From contig CM114271.1 in the NCBI GenBank assembly GCA_050084515.1, positions 8,060,001-8,124,000 on the forward strand: a stretch of 64,000 nucleotides of DNA, in the 5' to 3' direction. The notes under the pieces are model-generated. The model saw nothing but the letters and a program-made list of their open reading frames with translations. It searched no databases and had not been told where the DNA came from. Position 1 is the first letter of the stretch. Each line of letters begins with the position of its first letter. This document shows positions 51,801 to 62,501 of the stretch, piece after piece. A program made the position numbers and the translations under genes. Origin of the DNA: Blasia pusilla. Its lineage: Eukaryota.

Positions 51801-52699
51801 AATCGCCGTCTGCTCCTCAGAGATCTCGCTTCTTCTTCGCTTGATCCCATTTGTTCCCCTCTACTTCTTTGTCAAGCTCTTCGAGGGAGGACGCAAACCT
51901 TGAACATGGTCTTGAATCCTGGGTTTTGGTTGGCTTGTCCCGGATGTCGTCGAGCCAAACCTCGAAATCTCCAGAACTTTCAAGGTTTGCTTCGGCGAAT
52001 GGGCTCTAATCTTCGAGCTCGCATGGTAGACCGCCCAAAGACGGACTTCCCGATTACCAACGCGCCCCGTAACGACCATTCGCGTAGCCAATGCGAGATC
52101 ACTGGATCGGACACACCCAGAGGATGGTGTACCGCCCTCTTCTGGGCCTCTGAGCCCTCGAGACTGATTTTCATCAATCGTATCCTCCTAAACTCGCTTA
52201 TCCCGGACAACGCAAACCGATGCACGCAATCCAGCGACACTTTCTCCCCAATCCGACCATGCAGATCTTCATCCCTCTTCCGCTGGCGCTTGATAATCGC
52301 CTTCAGCTCCTTGTAGAACTCCGGACCAAGTTCGGGGTTGAGAATGCTGATGTATGGCTACATCTTGCTCGCTGTGTATTTCCTTGCAGTAGATACTGTA
52401 GCGTGGATGAATTTGGCGCGCTCAGACGCAGATACCTTCTCCCTCCGCTCCAGCTCGGTCTGGCGCTTTTTTCTTGCGGCTGTATCTTCGACCTGCAAAG
52501 TATGGTTATGGCTGCATCTTGAGAAATAAACTTATTTGCCCAAGTTTTCTTCTTAATCTGAGCACCCTTTGCAAGCATCTGATTGACGAGGGCATCGCCC
52601 AAGAACCCCCTGTACTCTCCCGGGTGCGTCGTAAGCACCTTCCTCACCCGATCGCAATCCTGGATCCAGTGGTGGGTGACATTCCCCTCCGATACAATC
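48852..52699 (-). pseudogene. Cargo gene with beta-class N6A/N4C DNA methyltransferase-like domain, copy 3 (MTase part open across intron 50176-50683; upstream frameshifts)
   Basis: VDLLIADLPSG (motif IV-like, 50942-50974), AYLSDRGCFLV, spliced SQIR|MDHSYVY, then EKSPALMQTLIELCSRPGDLVFDLVELSGASIKGAWQSGRNILCLE (motif X/I-like). Last exon ends RVRSKFVDDEAEEIID* (48852-48854). Confidence 0.72.
50258..50598. repeat. Palindrome array in the MTase-domain intron (copy 3)
   Basis: About 7 units, e.g. gcaacccgtcggaaggcgacgggttgc at ~50326. Confidence 0.9.
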
Positions 52700-52715
52700 C
52701 TGCACATCCAAACTC

Positions 52716-53757
52716 AACCCGTCAGGAAATTACATGGGTTCCTGCAACCCGTCGGACTCCGACGGGTCGTCACAGCTCAAGGTCGGATTTTAGCAACGAG
52801 CTAAATGATGCAACCCGTCGGAGTCCGACGGATTGCATTCAGATTTGCTAATGCCTAGTAAGAAAACCGTCGGAGTCCGACGGGTTGCTCGACAGGCCGC
52901 CTTGTGAGGATGTTTTTTGAAGAATGCAACTCGTCGGACTCTGACGAGTTGCTCGAGTGACTGCAGGTTTATAAGGTTTTTTCCCCAAAGCAACCCGTCG
53001 AAGTCCGACGGGTTGCTTGCCTCGAAGCTGTTTTTCATCAAGGCCAACGTCGGAGTCCGACGTGTTGATTTCGGCCAAAAATAGTTTCGGGTTGATTTCA
53101 ACTGACCGTTGGGTCCCGTCGTCCTTTTGACGGCGACGTGCCGGATGTTACGGAAGTCCGGACGTGAAAAATGGCAACCCGTCGGAGTCCGACAGGTTGC
53201 GCGGCTCCGCCATCCTGCGTACATCGCCACGTGCGCGAGCAACCCGTCGGAGACCGACGGGTTGAGCGCCTCCGTCATATTCGGAAAAGAACGCGAGGTA
53301 CCCGCGCAACCCGTCGGAGACCGACATGTTGCGCGCCTCCGCCGTGTTTGGGACGGGAACGGGACGTATCTTGGGCAATCCGTCGGAGACCGTTGGGTTG
53401 CACGCTTCCCTCATCAAGGGTTAAGAACGAGGGCTTCCCGTGCAAGTCGTCGGAGTCTGGCTGGTTGCACCACAAGGCGAGGCCCTTGCGCAACCCGTTG
53501 GAGGGCGACGGGTTGCATGCCTCGCCATCTTTGGGCTAAAAGGCGAGGCACCCGCGGAACTCGTCGGACTCAGACGGTTTGCACGCCTCCGGCATCTTCG
53601 GGCAAGAAGGAGCGGTATCCGAGCAACTCGTCGGAGAGCAACGGGTTGCTCGCTTCGACAATGTTTAGCAGAAGTGTGCAACCCGTCTGATGCCGACGGG
53701 TTGCAGGCTTTGATTAGCTTCGGGAAATTTTTGAGTTACCAGGACTCCGACGGGTTC
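52716..53757. repeat. Intergenic palindrome array between the divergent MTase-like and transposase genes (~16 units, ~50-70 bp period)
   Basis: tgcaacccgtcggactccgacggg (~52743), tgcaacccgtcggagtccgacggattgca (~52809), gcaacccgtcggagtccgacaggttgc (~53174) and others. Confidence 0.92.
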
Positions 53758-53965
53758 CAAGTGTGATGCGCAACCCTCTGCTTCCCAAATCCAGTAACAT
53801 ATTGCAACAGAATTGAATGTGTTACAGAATTGGATCCATTGTGTCAGACAATGTCACCCACCAAATTCATCTTGTCAGTAAAAATCTGTCAGGAGTATCT
53901 GTTTCCTATTCACTATAAATTAAATATTCTCATTCTCAGTCTCCTCCCATTGGAATCTTCTTGGA

Positions 53966-56900
53966 ATGGATAATTATGTTAAGCTCACTTGTGGCAGTCA
54001 TCTGGCGGCCCTTCCTCAATCGGAAATCATTCGACCCCAAGCTCGTGAGTCTTTCATAGTAGTGGATGAAAATTTTCTGTCTGTTCGATTTCTTCTCCAA
54101 ATTGGAACCATCTTTGTATCCAAAGATGTTAGGGTGGACGGTACGGAAGACAAAATAGGTGAGATGGTCTAGCTAGTGACCTCAGACCTTAAAGTATGGA
54201 ATCTCCTACCTCTACCAAATGGTCAATACAGAGTTTACGGCCTGCCCCTGAATTCGTATGTTTCCCAAGTAGACGGTCTAGAATTTCCTAGTGCTCCGAG
54301 CTCTACGTTTGCAACTCCAAGCTCGCAGACCGGCCGACTCCAACTGCGCGACGTAACAATGTTGTTTTTCCTGAAGAGATTCCGGATGTTATCAACCTCA
54401 GTGGATCTGTCGGACACCAATCGGGCCCTCTGTCCGCCTACTCGTTCCTCTTGCGAGTATCAGGCAATAGTTTGCTTTCGTCTCTGCCCTTGAAAATGTT
54501 CAAGCGCATTCTTGTCGACGAGTTTCCGCCCATGTACGATGGTAATTGCATTTTTGAGTTGCCTCCACTTGCTGCTCCTGCTCAAAAGAAGGATGGAGGG
54601 CGCCTGAAGGGTATGGACAAAAAGTCTGATTGTCATCGATGGTGCAGGCTTCAACGGACCAGTGCTTCAATTCCAGATGGTGCTTAGATTGTCTCCCGCC
54701 GCCAATGCGTGGGAGCCTTGGAGTGTAGAAGTCCAGCATGCCTGTATCTAGAGCGCAACGGGCGAGTCAATACGTCGCAATTCCCTCCCAAGAATGCAGA
54801 AACTCCATACGAGGTGAGTGCCACCATACTGCCGGGAGGCCATCGATGTCCTCATTGTCAGGCATCGCCCTTCTGCATTGTCCACGACTTGGGCTCCACG
54901 TCAGAGTATACAAGGCTGGCTGTCCATGTTGGCTCCCACACTCATCCTGTGATCGATGCAATTCAAAGACACATCAAGGAGGATGTGGCGAAGAAAGTAG
55001 CCGAGGTCTACAGAAACTCTCCGGGTTCAAAGCCCGGAGTGATCAAGCTCACAACGGCATCACAAATTTGTGAACAATTGCTTGGAATCCCAAGACAGGG
55101 CGAGATCACGGCAGTTGGGGAGAAACAACTCTGGGAAAATCTCGCATTTCTCGCTGATCCTGAATGCTTTCGGAATTTGCTGCGTCAGATACGAGTTATG
55201 GATGGAAAGACGGCCGAAATGGATGCCATCGCCAGAATCAAGGCCAACTCCAGATTTCCATTCATTCGAGATGGCGTTCATGGGCCAAGGAGGCGAGGAT
55301 CCAGGGCCTATGTCTTCAAAATGTCAACCACAGGTCCGTCGAGTGGCCTCGATCTTATAGATCGAATGAGGGAAGGGGAAGATCTTTACGGGAGCTGGGT
55401 CAGCTTTGATATTTGCTACAGAGTGCCGAACGGATGGTTGACGATGGGTGCTCACGTTTATGACCATGTGGAGAAGGGACTCAAAACTATATTTGTGTGT
55501 GAAGTAAAGGCAGAAGACGTTGGCGGTTTGAAGATGTGTTGGTTACTCTTATTGGAGGTGGTGAAGGAAAACAAAAGGCCACCGAAATTTATGGGTTCAT
55601 GGCGCATACAATGCACAACCTGGGTGGATTGCTATCCGGGAAGTGTTTTGGGGTGAGAGGTTCAACCGGAGAGGAAAGGTCGGATGCTTTCCATTGGCAA
55701 ATACACGACCGGTACACCAAATCTTGCATCAAGGAGAATAAGAGGACAGAGCATGTCACTCTACTCCAACGCGCAAGGACAAAAAACCTTGAAGCGAGCC
55801 ATGGAATTCAGGAAGAACTTCATGGGTGGTGGAGGAAGCATGCGATTGAGGGGAAGTACAAAGAGTTGTGCTCTTGGTTGAGTTGGTGGACTGTACGTAT
55901 GAGACAATGGGGAAACTTCATGCGGCAGGTGAGTTCACTATTTTGTCTTGTCAAGCTCACGCTGAGAATTATTTGTAAAGTTGTAGCTCAGGGTGAGAAG
56001 CGTGGGAATTATATGGATTTCAAACCCAAGAAACCAAGCAAGCTGTCGGATGCGACGGGTTGCCCGAGTGTGCAACCCGACGGAAACCGACGGGTTGCAT
56101 CCAGATGTTTGGTGCAACCCGAGTGTGCAACCCGTGGGGCCCCGACGGGTCACAGAGTTGTTCATGGGATGCCTCGGCCTTGCAACCTGTCAGGTTGTGA
56201 CGGGTTGTAGTAGGTGGGTTGAAGGTTACAACACGTCGGGACCCGACGGGTCGCAGGGTCGTTCATGGGATGCCTCGGGCCTGCAACCCGTCTGGTTCCG
56301 ACAGGTCGCTTATTTCTTTGACTCCTAAGTTATTTTCGTTCCCTTCTAACATTGCCGTCGTTGCAGGGATTGAACGTTCATGAAAATGCCCTCTTCCCCA
56401 ACACAAGTGGAGCAGAAAGTGTTCATTCCTCTTGGAGGTCGTCACAAGCATGCCAACGAATTTCACTTGTGGAGGCATGCCAACAAGACCAGGCAAGAGC
56501 AATGCTACAGTCTGCAGCATCCCACATCTTTCTCACAAAAGGCATAACAAAAGGAAAAGGGCCGTCGATCTACGAGCTCTATGTCGTAATTTGTGAGATC
56601 CGGGTGATGAAAAATGTATGTCGAAGCGTTCAACTGGTGCGTAGCTAGAACTCCACTCGATCAAGACGTACACATAGGTGGGGATATTCGTGGGCGGGTT
56701 TCAAGATGTCCCATACAGATGGTGGTAGAGCAGTCTGAACGAGACTCGTGGAGACCAGATAAGTATCTTAACTTCAGGCAGGTGAAGAGGCAGCATCGAG
56801 GAACGAATCTGGTGATTGGTTTGGATGAGGAAATTACACCACCCAGGTTTTAGGGGACCCCGGACCCATCCCAAATCCGTGATGGAGTTACTTCTCCAAA

Positions 56901-57866
56901 ATCAGTGAATGTTTTATTTCAAAAGCCCTCCGTTGGTGGAAGTTTGCGACATCCTGTCACTGGGGTGGTTCAACAATATGGGATTCTGGTAATGGAGGTG
57001 GATTGCAACCTGAAACCGTGGCATATATCTCGGAGCAACCCAGGACGTGGACCCACCTGCAGGGCAGGATCTTATGGCATTAGGAGAGCATGCGGCACTT
57101 TCCTAAATAAGAACTGTACAAGGACTGGACGACCTCTGCCTGGGTTTTGGGGACTCAAAACCTTTGATCGTTTCACGAGGATCGGGGATCAATTGAAGTA
57201 CTTCTTCTGCCCAAATGAATCTTGCGCTTTCCGGAAGTCTTATCTGGCTGCCATTGGAGCTCCCGGGAATACCCCCAAGATTTGGCCCATCGCCGCAGGC
57301 ACAAACTGCACTCAAGACGAAGTGGACAATCTTACAAGTGCCGGTTTCAGACTCGTAGACGGGGGAAGTTCTGAGCATGTTCGCATTACAGAGACCTTTG
57401 CATTTTGTATTGAACCCAAGATTGATGTCAACATGTACCCGGAGAAGGTGTATGATCTCAATCCATTATTTCTATTTGAGTCTAGAAATGGGGTGAAGAG
57501 AAACAGAATGTGCAGGCCAACGGTGGAGAGAGCAAAGCGAATTGCATTGCAGCTCGGGAGGCAAAAATGGAGATCATCGCCACGAAAGATGTCTTGAGTG
57601 GCAATGGAATAGGAAGGATGTATTGGGTCAGGAACAACACTGTAAATTCAAGTGTCACAGGGGTGTATGTGGTGCACATCTGTTGCTTTCCCACATGTTC
57701 ATGTGATGACTTTGTCCAAAGAGAGACAAGTGGCAAAAGGTATTTCCCTTGTAAGCACATGTACTATGTGTTGCTGGTAGTTTTAAGAGAGTCGGAGGTA
57801 GGAGTAGGAATCCACCAACCAGTGTCCCTCAAAGAAGTTCGAAGTATTTTAAACAAACCACTTTGA
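53966..57866 (+). pseudogene. MULE/Mutator-type transposase (Zn-binding N-terminal domain, DDE, SWIM), copy 3; intron 55929-56366
   Basis: ATG MDNYVKLTCGSH conserved with copy 2. CVGALECRSPAC...CPHC...HVGSHTHP, SFDICYRV, FMA(D), DAFHW, NTSGAESVH and SWIM CSCDDF...PCKHMYYV. Many 1-nt frameshifts and a few stops. Confidence 0.85.
56050..56310. repeat. Palindrome array in the transposase intron (copy 3)
   Basis: About 6 units, e.g. tgcaacccgacggaaaccgacgggttgca at ~56071. Confidence 0.88.
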
Positions 57867-58264
57867 GGATGCAAAGGAGGTTTTAGATTGTACTTTTATT
57901 TTTTTCTCAACCTTCACTTCGAGCTTGAACTCGATTCAGCCCCGGGAAAATGGTAGATTATTTCGAGACCTTGGATGGAAAAAGTGATTGGTTCCACACT
58001 TATGATTCCACAGATTTTTCAGTTTTCTAAATTTTGTGCAATTTGCAACTCGTCGGACTCAGAGGGGTTGCCAAAATATGGAAGAGGAAAAAAAAACTGT
58101 GGGATCTGCTTAATATATGAACAAAAAAGTGCAAAAAATTTCAAACAAAAACTTTCCTCTCTTCAACCCAACGGAAACTCTCTTCAAAAAAGAGTATCTA
58201 TTTCGGTTGACCCTAGTTTCCTCTCTCCTCTCTCCTCTCTTCCTCTCTTCCTCTCCTCTTACCG

Positions 58265-58475
58265 AGTGCAGTTCCCAAGGGACTCAAGGACATACTGTGC
58301 AAGAGTGCCCCCTTCAACGAGATTTACGTTGGGTACAAGAAGACCCATCTATGGAGGAGGGATGGTATCAAGCAGATCAGTGGGAGGGATGCTACGCAGT
58401 TCAGGAAATTTCACGGACTAGTGCTCCTCGAAGCTGGATTCTCCAATATGTACCACATGGGTATGGAGAGCAGAG
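58265..58475 (+). pseudogene. Short Gypsy gag-like fragment (zinc-knuckle region)
   Basis: TQGHTVQECPLQRDLRWVQE...EGCYAVQE resembles KKEGHFSHDCQAEWRMIQE...ECLYAIQQ of the family A gag. Confidence 0.5.
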
Positions 58476-58524
58476 GCTAGAGTTCGGATGTTCCGCTTGG
58501 CGCTCGTTTGGTTATGAGGGTCAT

Positions 58525-61190
58525 TGCTCTTGCCTAGTCTTGTTGGCATGCCTCAACGAGAGATATTTTTTGACATGTTTGTGATGATCTCTAGGAGGAA
58601 TGGACATTCTCAGCTCCACTTGTGTTGGGGCAAAGGGCATTTTTGTGAATGTTCAGTCCCTACACTAGAAAAATTATCAATTGATGGAGGGAACGCTAGG
58701 TGTTCAACACTTACAAAATGTCAAAATCCAACAAGTTGCAAGTTCTTTAAATCTTAAGTCCTTGTTGGATGTCAACATTCATATTGCAACCCATCGGAAT
58801 CGGATGGATTGCAAGCAAGCTACAAGAATAGGGAACAAAATCTAACTACAACTCGTCGGATTCCGATGGGATGCAAGAAGAATTTAGTTGAAAACAAGAA
58901 GCAACCCGTCAATAAGAAGTATGAAGAACATAAGAACTTGCAACCAGTCAGATTGCGAGTAATCTACTTGAGAATACTCTGCTGCAACACGTCAAAATCC
59001 AACGAGTTGCAAGCCGTCGGATTCAAACGAGTTGGAAGATTAAATTTTCAAGATAAGAAGCAACCTGTCGGATTCTGACGGGTTGCAGCCTAAACTTTTT
59101 CGCAAAAAAAGTTACTTGCAATCCGTCAGATTCGTACAAGTTGCAACCTCACACTTGGAGAAAATGTTGAACTCACCTACCGCATAAAGTTTCCCCATTG
59201 CCTCATACGGATGGTCCACCAACTGAGCCAGGAACACAACTCTTTGTATTTCCCCTCAATTGCATGCGTGATGGTTACTCTTACTGTAGGTGGTGAAGGA
59301 AAACAAAAGACCTCCTCCTGAAATATATGGCTTCATGGTGGACAATGCCCAACTGGGATGGATTGTTATCACGGAAGTGTTCTGGGGTGGGGGAAGTTCA
59401 ACTAGAAAGGGAAAGATCCGATGCCTTCTATTGGCAATAGTCTGTGACTCGCTTCACAAAATTATGCATCAAGGAGACTAAGAGAACAGAGCATGTTGCT
59501 CTACTTCAACTTTGCAAGAATAGCAAAACCTTGAAACAAGCCATGGAGTGCCAAGAAGAGCTTCATATGTGGTGGATGACATCTTCAAGCTGCCAATATC
59601 TTCCGCTTTCACCTCACAGACAAAATTGGTTTTGAGATCCTTCTCCACATGGTCGTAAACGTGTGCACCCATGGTCAACCATCCATTTAACACCGTGTAG
59701 CAAATATCAAAGTTAACCTAGCTCCCAAATAGATCTTCTCCCTCCCTCATTCTATAAGTAAGATCTAGGCCGCTAGACGGTCCTGTAGTAGACATTTTGA
59801 AGACATAAGCTCTAGATCCCTTGCCTCCTTGGCCCATCAACTGCCATCTTTGAATGAATGGAAACCATGGGTTGGTCTTGATCTTGGCAATGGCATCCAT
59901 CTCTGCAGTCTTTCCATCAAGTATTTGTATTTGACGCAATAAGTTCCTGAAGCATTCAGGATCAGCCAAGAATGCCAGATTTTCCCATAGTTGTTTCTTC
60001 TCAACTAGTGTGATCTCCCCTTGGCCAAGGATATCCAGCAGTTGTTCACAAATTTATGATGCAGTTGTCAATTTGATCACTCTTGGCTTTTGTCTTGGAG
60101 AGTTTTTGTACACCTCATCCACTTTCTTTGCCACAACCTCCTTGATGTGTCTCTGAATTACACCGGTGACAGGATGAGTGGGAGACCCAACATGAATTGC
60201 CAGCCTAGTGTACTCGGACGTAGAATTATAGTCGTGTACTATGAAAAGAATATAATCTTGACACACTCTTACACAGGAAGGGGAGGCTTGACAATGAGGA
60301 CATTGATGGCCACCCGGCGGTATAGTTGTACCGACGGCGTAAGGATTTTTTGCATTTTTGGGGGGGAATTATGACGTATTCACCACTCCCTTCCACTTGA
60401 GGAAGGGGCATCTTGGACTTATACACTCTAAGGCTCCAACACATTGGTGACGAGACACAAGTCAAGGACCACTTGGGATTGAAGCGCTCGTCCACTGCAG
60501 TCTGCACCATCGGTGATAGTCCGATTTTCGGTCCATACCCTTCAAGCGCCCTCCATCTTTCTTTTGAGCAGGACCGACAAGTGGAGGCAGCTCAAAAATT
60601 CAGTTTCCATCAGATGTTATTGGCAGCTCATCCACGAGAATGTGCTTGAACAGTTTCAAGGGAAGAGATGAAAGCAAAGAATTCCCCGAAATTTGAAGCA
60701 GGATGGAGAAATAAAATTTTGGGTCTGACATGTTTCCAACAGATCCTATGAGATCAACGATACTTGAAATGTCTCCACCTTCAACCGCATTGTTACGAGC
60801 TTGTGAGTTTGGAGTCTATACTGGATCGGCCGAAGCAACCATGCTAAACGTGGAGCTTGGAGCACTGGAAGGTTTTGGACTGTCTTCATGAGTCGGAGTG
60901 GGCCTCAGAGATAGGCCATAAACTCTCAATTATCCATTGGAGTAGGATAAGAGGTTCCACACTTTGGAGCCTCCAATCTCTGATTGAACTATTTCACCAA
61001 TGACGTCATCCGTTCCATCAACCTTGACATCCTTGGATACAAAATTGGTTCCAATCTGGAGCAGAAATCGAAGTGAAAGGAGATGTTCTTCAAAAATTAC
61101 ATGAGTGTCACTAGGTTGGGCTCAAATTATCTCCGATTGAGGAAGGGCCGCTAGATGGCTGCCACATGTGAGCTTCACATAATTGTCCAT
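58525..61190 (-). pseudogene. MULE transposase copy 2, 3'-truncated, with internal micro-inversion 59268-59579
   Basis: MDNYVKLTCGSH start, ADPECFRNLLRQI, NGWLTMGAHVYDHVEK and NTSGAENVHSS; truncated after DxARAM at 58525. Confidence 0.85.
58720..59150. repeat. Palindrome array in the transposase intron (copy 2)
   Basis: About 8 degenerate units, e.g. gcaacctgtcggattctgacgggttgca at ~59060. Confidence 0.85.
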
Positions 61191-61419
61191 TTGGGTTAGA
61201 TCATAGATATGATTTTCCCAGATAGGCGAATAAGAATGAGAATAAGAATGAGAATGTTGAATTTATAGTGAACAGTGTCCGTTTATACTCTAACAGAATA
61301 TCTCTAACATGGACTTGGTAGTTAGGTTGAACCATCGCCAGCTGACTGGACCTGCCAAAGAAGAAGATTCATACATCCTTCTTGATGACATGTGGGGAAA
61401 GATCTACCAAGGATCCTTG

Positions 61420-62180
61420 AACTCGTCAGAATCCGACGGATTGAAGAGCCAAAGTTAAAGAGCCCATGACAACTCTTCTAGTAAAAAAAAGTTGAACTCG
61501 TAGGGTTGATTGTGGGGCAACTGCAACCCATCTCAGTCCAACGAGTTGGAAGGTAGATTGTAGGGGAACTATAACCTGTTGGAGTCCTACGGGTTCTAAT
61601 TTGACGCAAGATGGGCAGGGAAGTCGGATTCGGTCGGTCCTAGAAGGCCATAGGGAGAATGTTATGGTGCAACCCGTCGGAGTCCAACGGGTTGGAAACC
61701 CTCATGTAGGATGTTGACGGTACGACCCATCGGAGTCCAACAGGTTGAATTGACGTGAGTTTGGCTGAGACTGAATTTCATCCTACTGCAAGTCGTTGGA
61801 TTCCATCTAGTCATTTTGCAATCTATCGGAGTCCAACGGAATGAACGGTCCAAATGTCTTCAGGTCGGATTTTCGGGCTTCGTGGGAGCTGCAAATGTAA
61901 TGGTGTAAGCCGTCAAAATTCAACGGGTTGCACAGATTGGGCAGGATGGGCTCTCTGCAACTCGTTGGAGTCCGACCGTTTGCACGAGTTGGGCGGGATG
62001 GGCCCCGTGCAACCCGTTGGACTACAACGGCTTGCACAAGTTAGGCAGGTTGGGCCCTGTGCGACCCTTCGCAATCCAAAGGTTTGCACAAGCTAGGCAA
62101 GATGGACGGGTTGCATGGGCAATCAAGGGCATAACGCCCAAGCACTGCTATCGCAACCCATCGGGCTCTGACGGGTTGTA
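61420..62180. repeat. Intergenic palindrome array (copy 2)
   Basis: About 12 degenerate units, e.g. tgcaacccgtcggagtccaacgggttgg at ~61668. Confidence 0.88.
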
Positions 62181-62501
62181 ACTAGCCCACGTGGAACAAG
62201 CACCGTAACGGTCCACCGTCACACCAATGGTCAAGTGAAATAACATCGAAAGTATATAAGGACCATTTCCAAGGCTTTTCAGTTTTCCATTCTACGGTTT
62301 TCAGCGCTGCTTTGAACTGCCTTGTTCACACAATTACCAAAATTGCCTTTCTAATTCCTCAGACATTTTGACGGTTGGTCGTTGTCTCTTTAATTGGGGC
62401 CCAAAAAGGTTGGTGATGACGGTTTGGATTAAATCAATTTCGTTCAAAGGTAACCACGATTCAAGACTCAAGCACTCCCGCAGCGTTTGATCAAAGCTTC
62501 G

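Larger units (their letters stand above)
47843..58264. mobile_element. MULE-like element copy 3, both termini present (~10.4 kb): MTase-like gene (-), palindrome array, transposase (+)
   Basis: The left end is shared with 34281 and the right end with 4262. Termini CGG...CCG. It interrupts the Gypsy RT ORF at KAPMMAA. Confidence 0.88.
58525..62501 (-). mobile_element. MULE-like element copy 2, right arm (array + transposase), inverted relative to its left arm
   Basis: Transposase on the minus strand from ATG 61190, with an array at 61420-62180. It abuts the minus-strand LTR via the CGAAG TSD shared with 40882-40886. Confidence 0.8.

Noticed and set aside
52716-53757. True CRISPR array
   Set aside because: No cas genes; eukaryotic intron-containing context; repeats are degenerate, spacer lengths vary widely, many spacers are related to each other, and the same repeat lies in introns.
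52790-53766. Overlapping ORFs with recurring NPSDSDGL / QPVGVRRVA / ATRRSPTGC peptides (also 1500-2370, 36070-36900, 38600-39600, 61660-62100)
   Set aside because: These are translations of the palindrome in different frames on both strands, not genes.
53966-57866. Programmed frameshifting, or proof that copy 3 is dead
   Set aside because: The many 1-nt deletions here and in the neighbouring Gypsy could be long-read consensus errors or decay; this cannot be resolved without reads.
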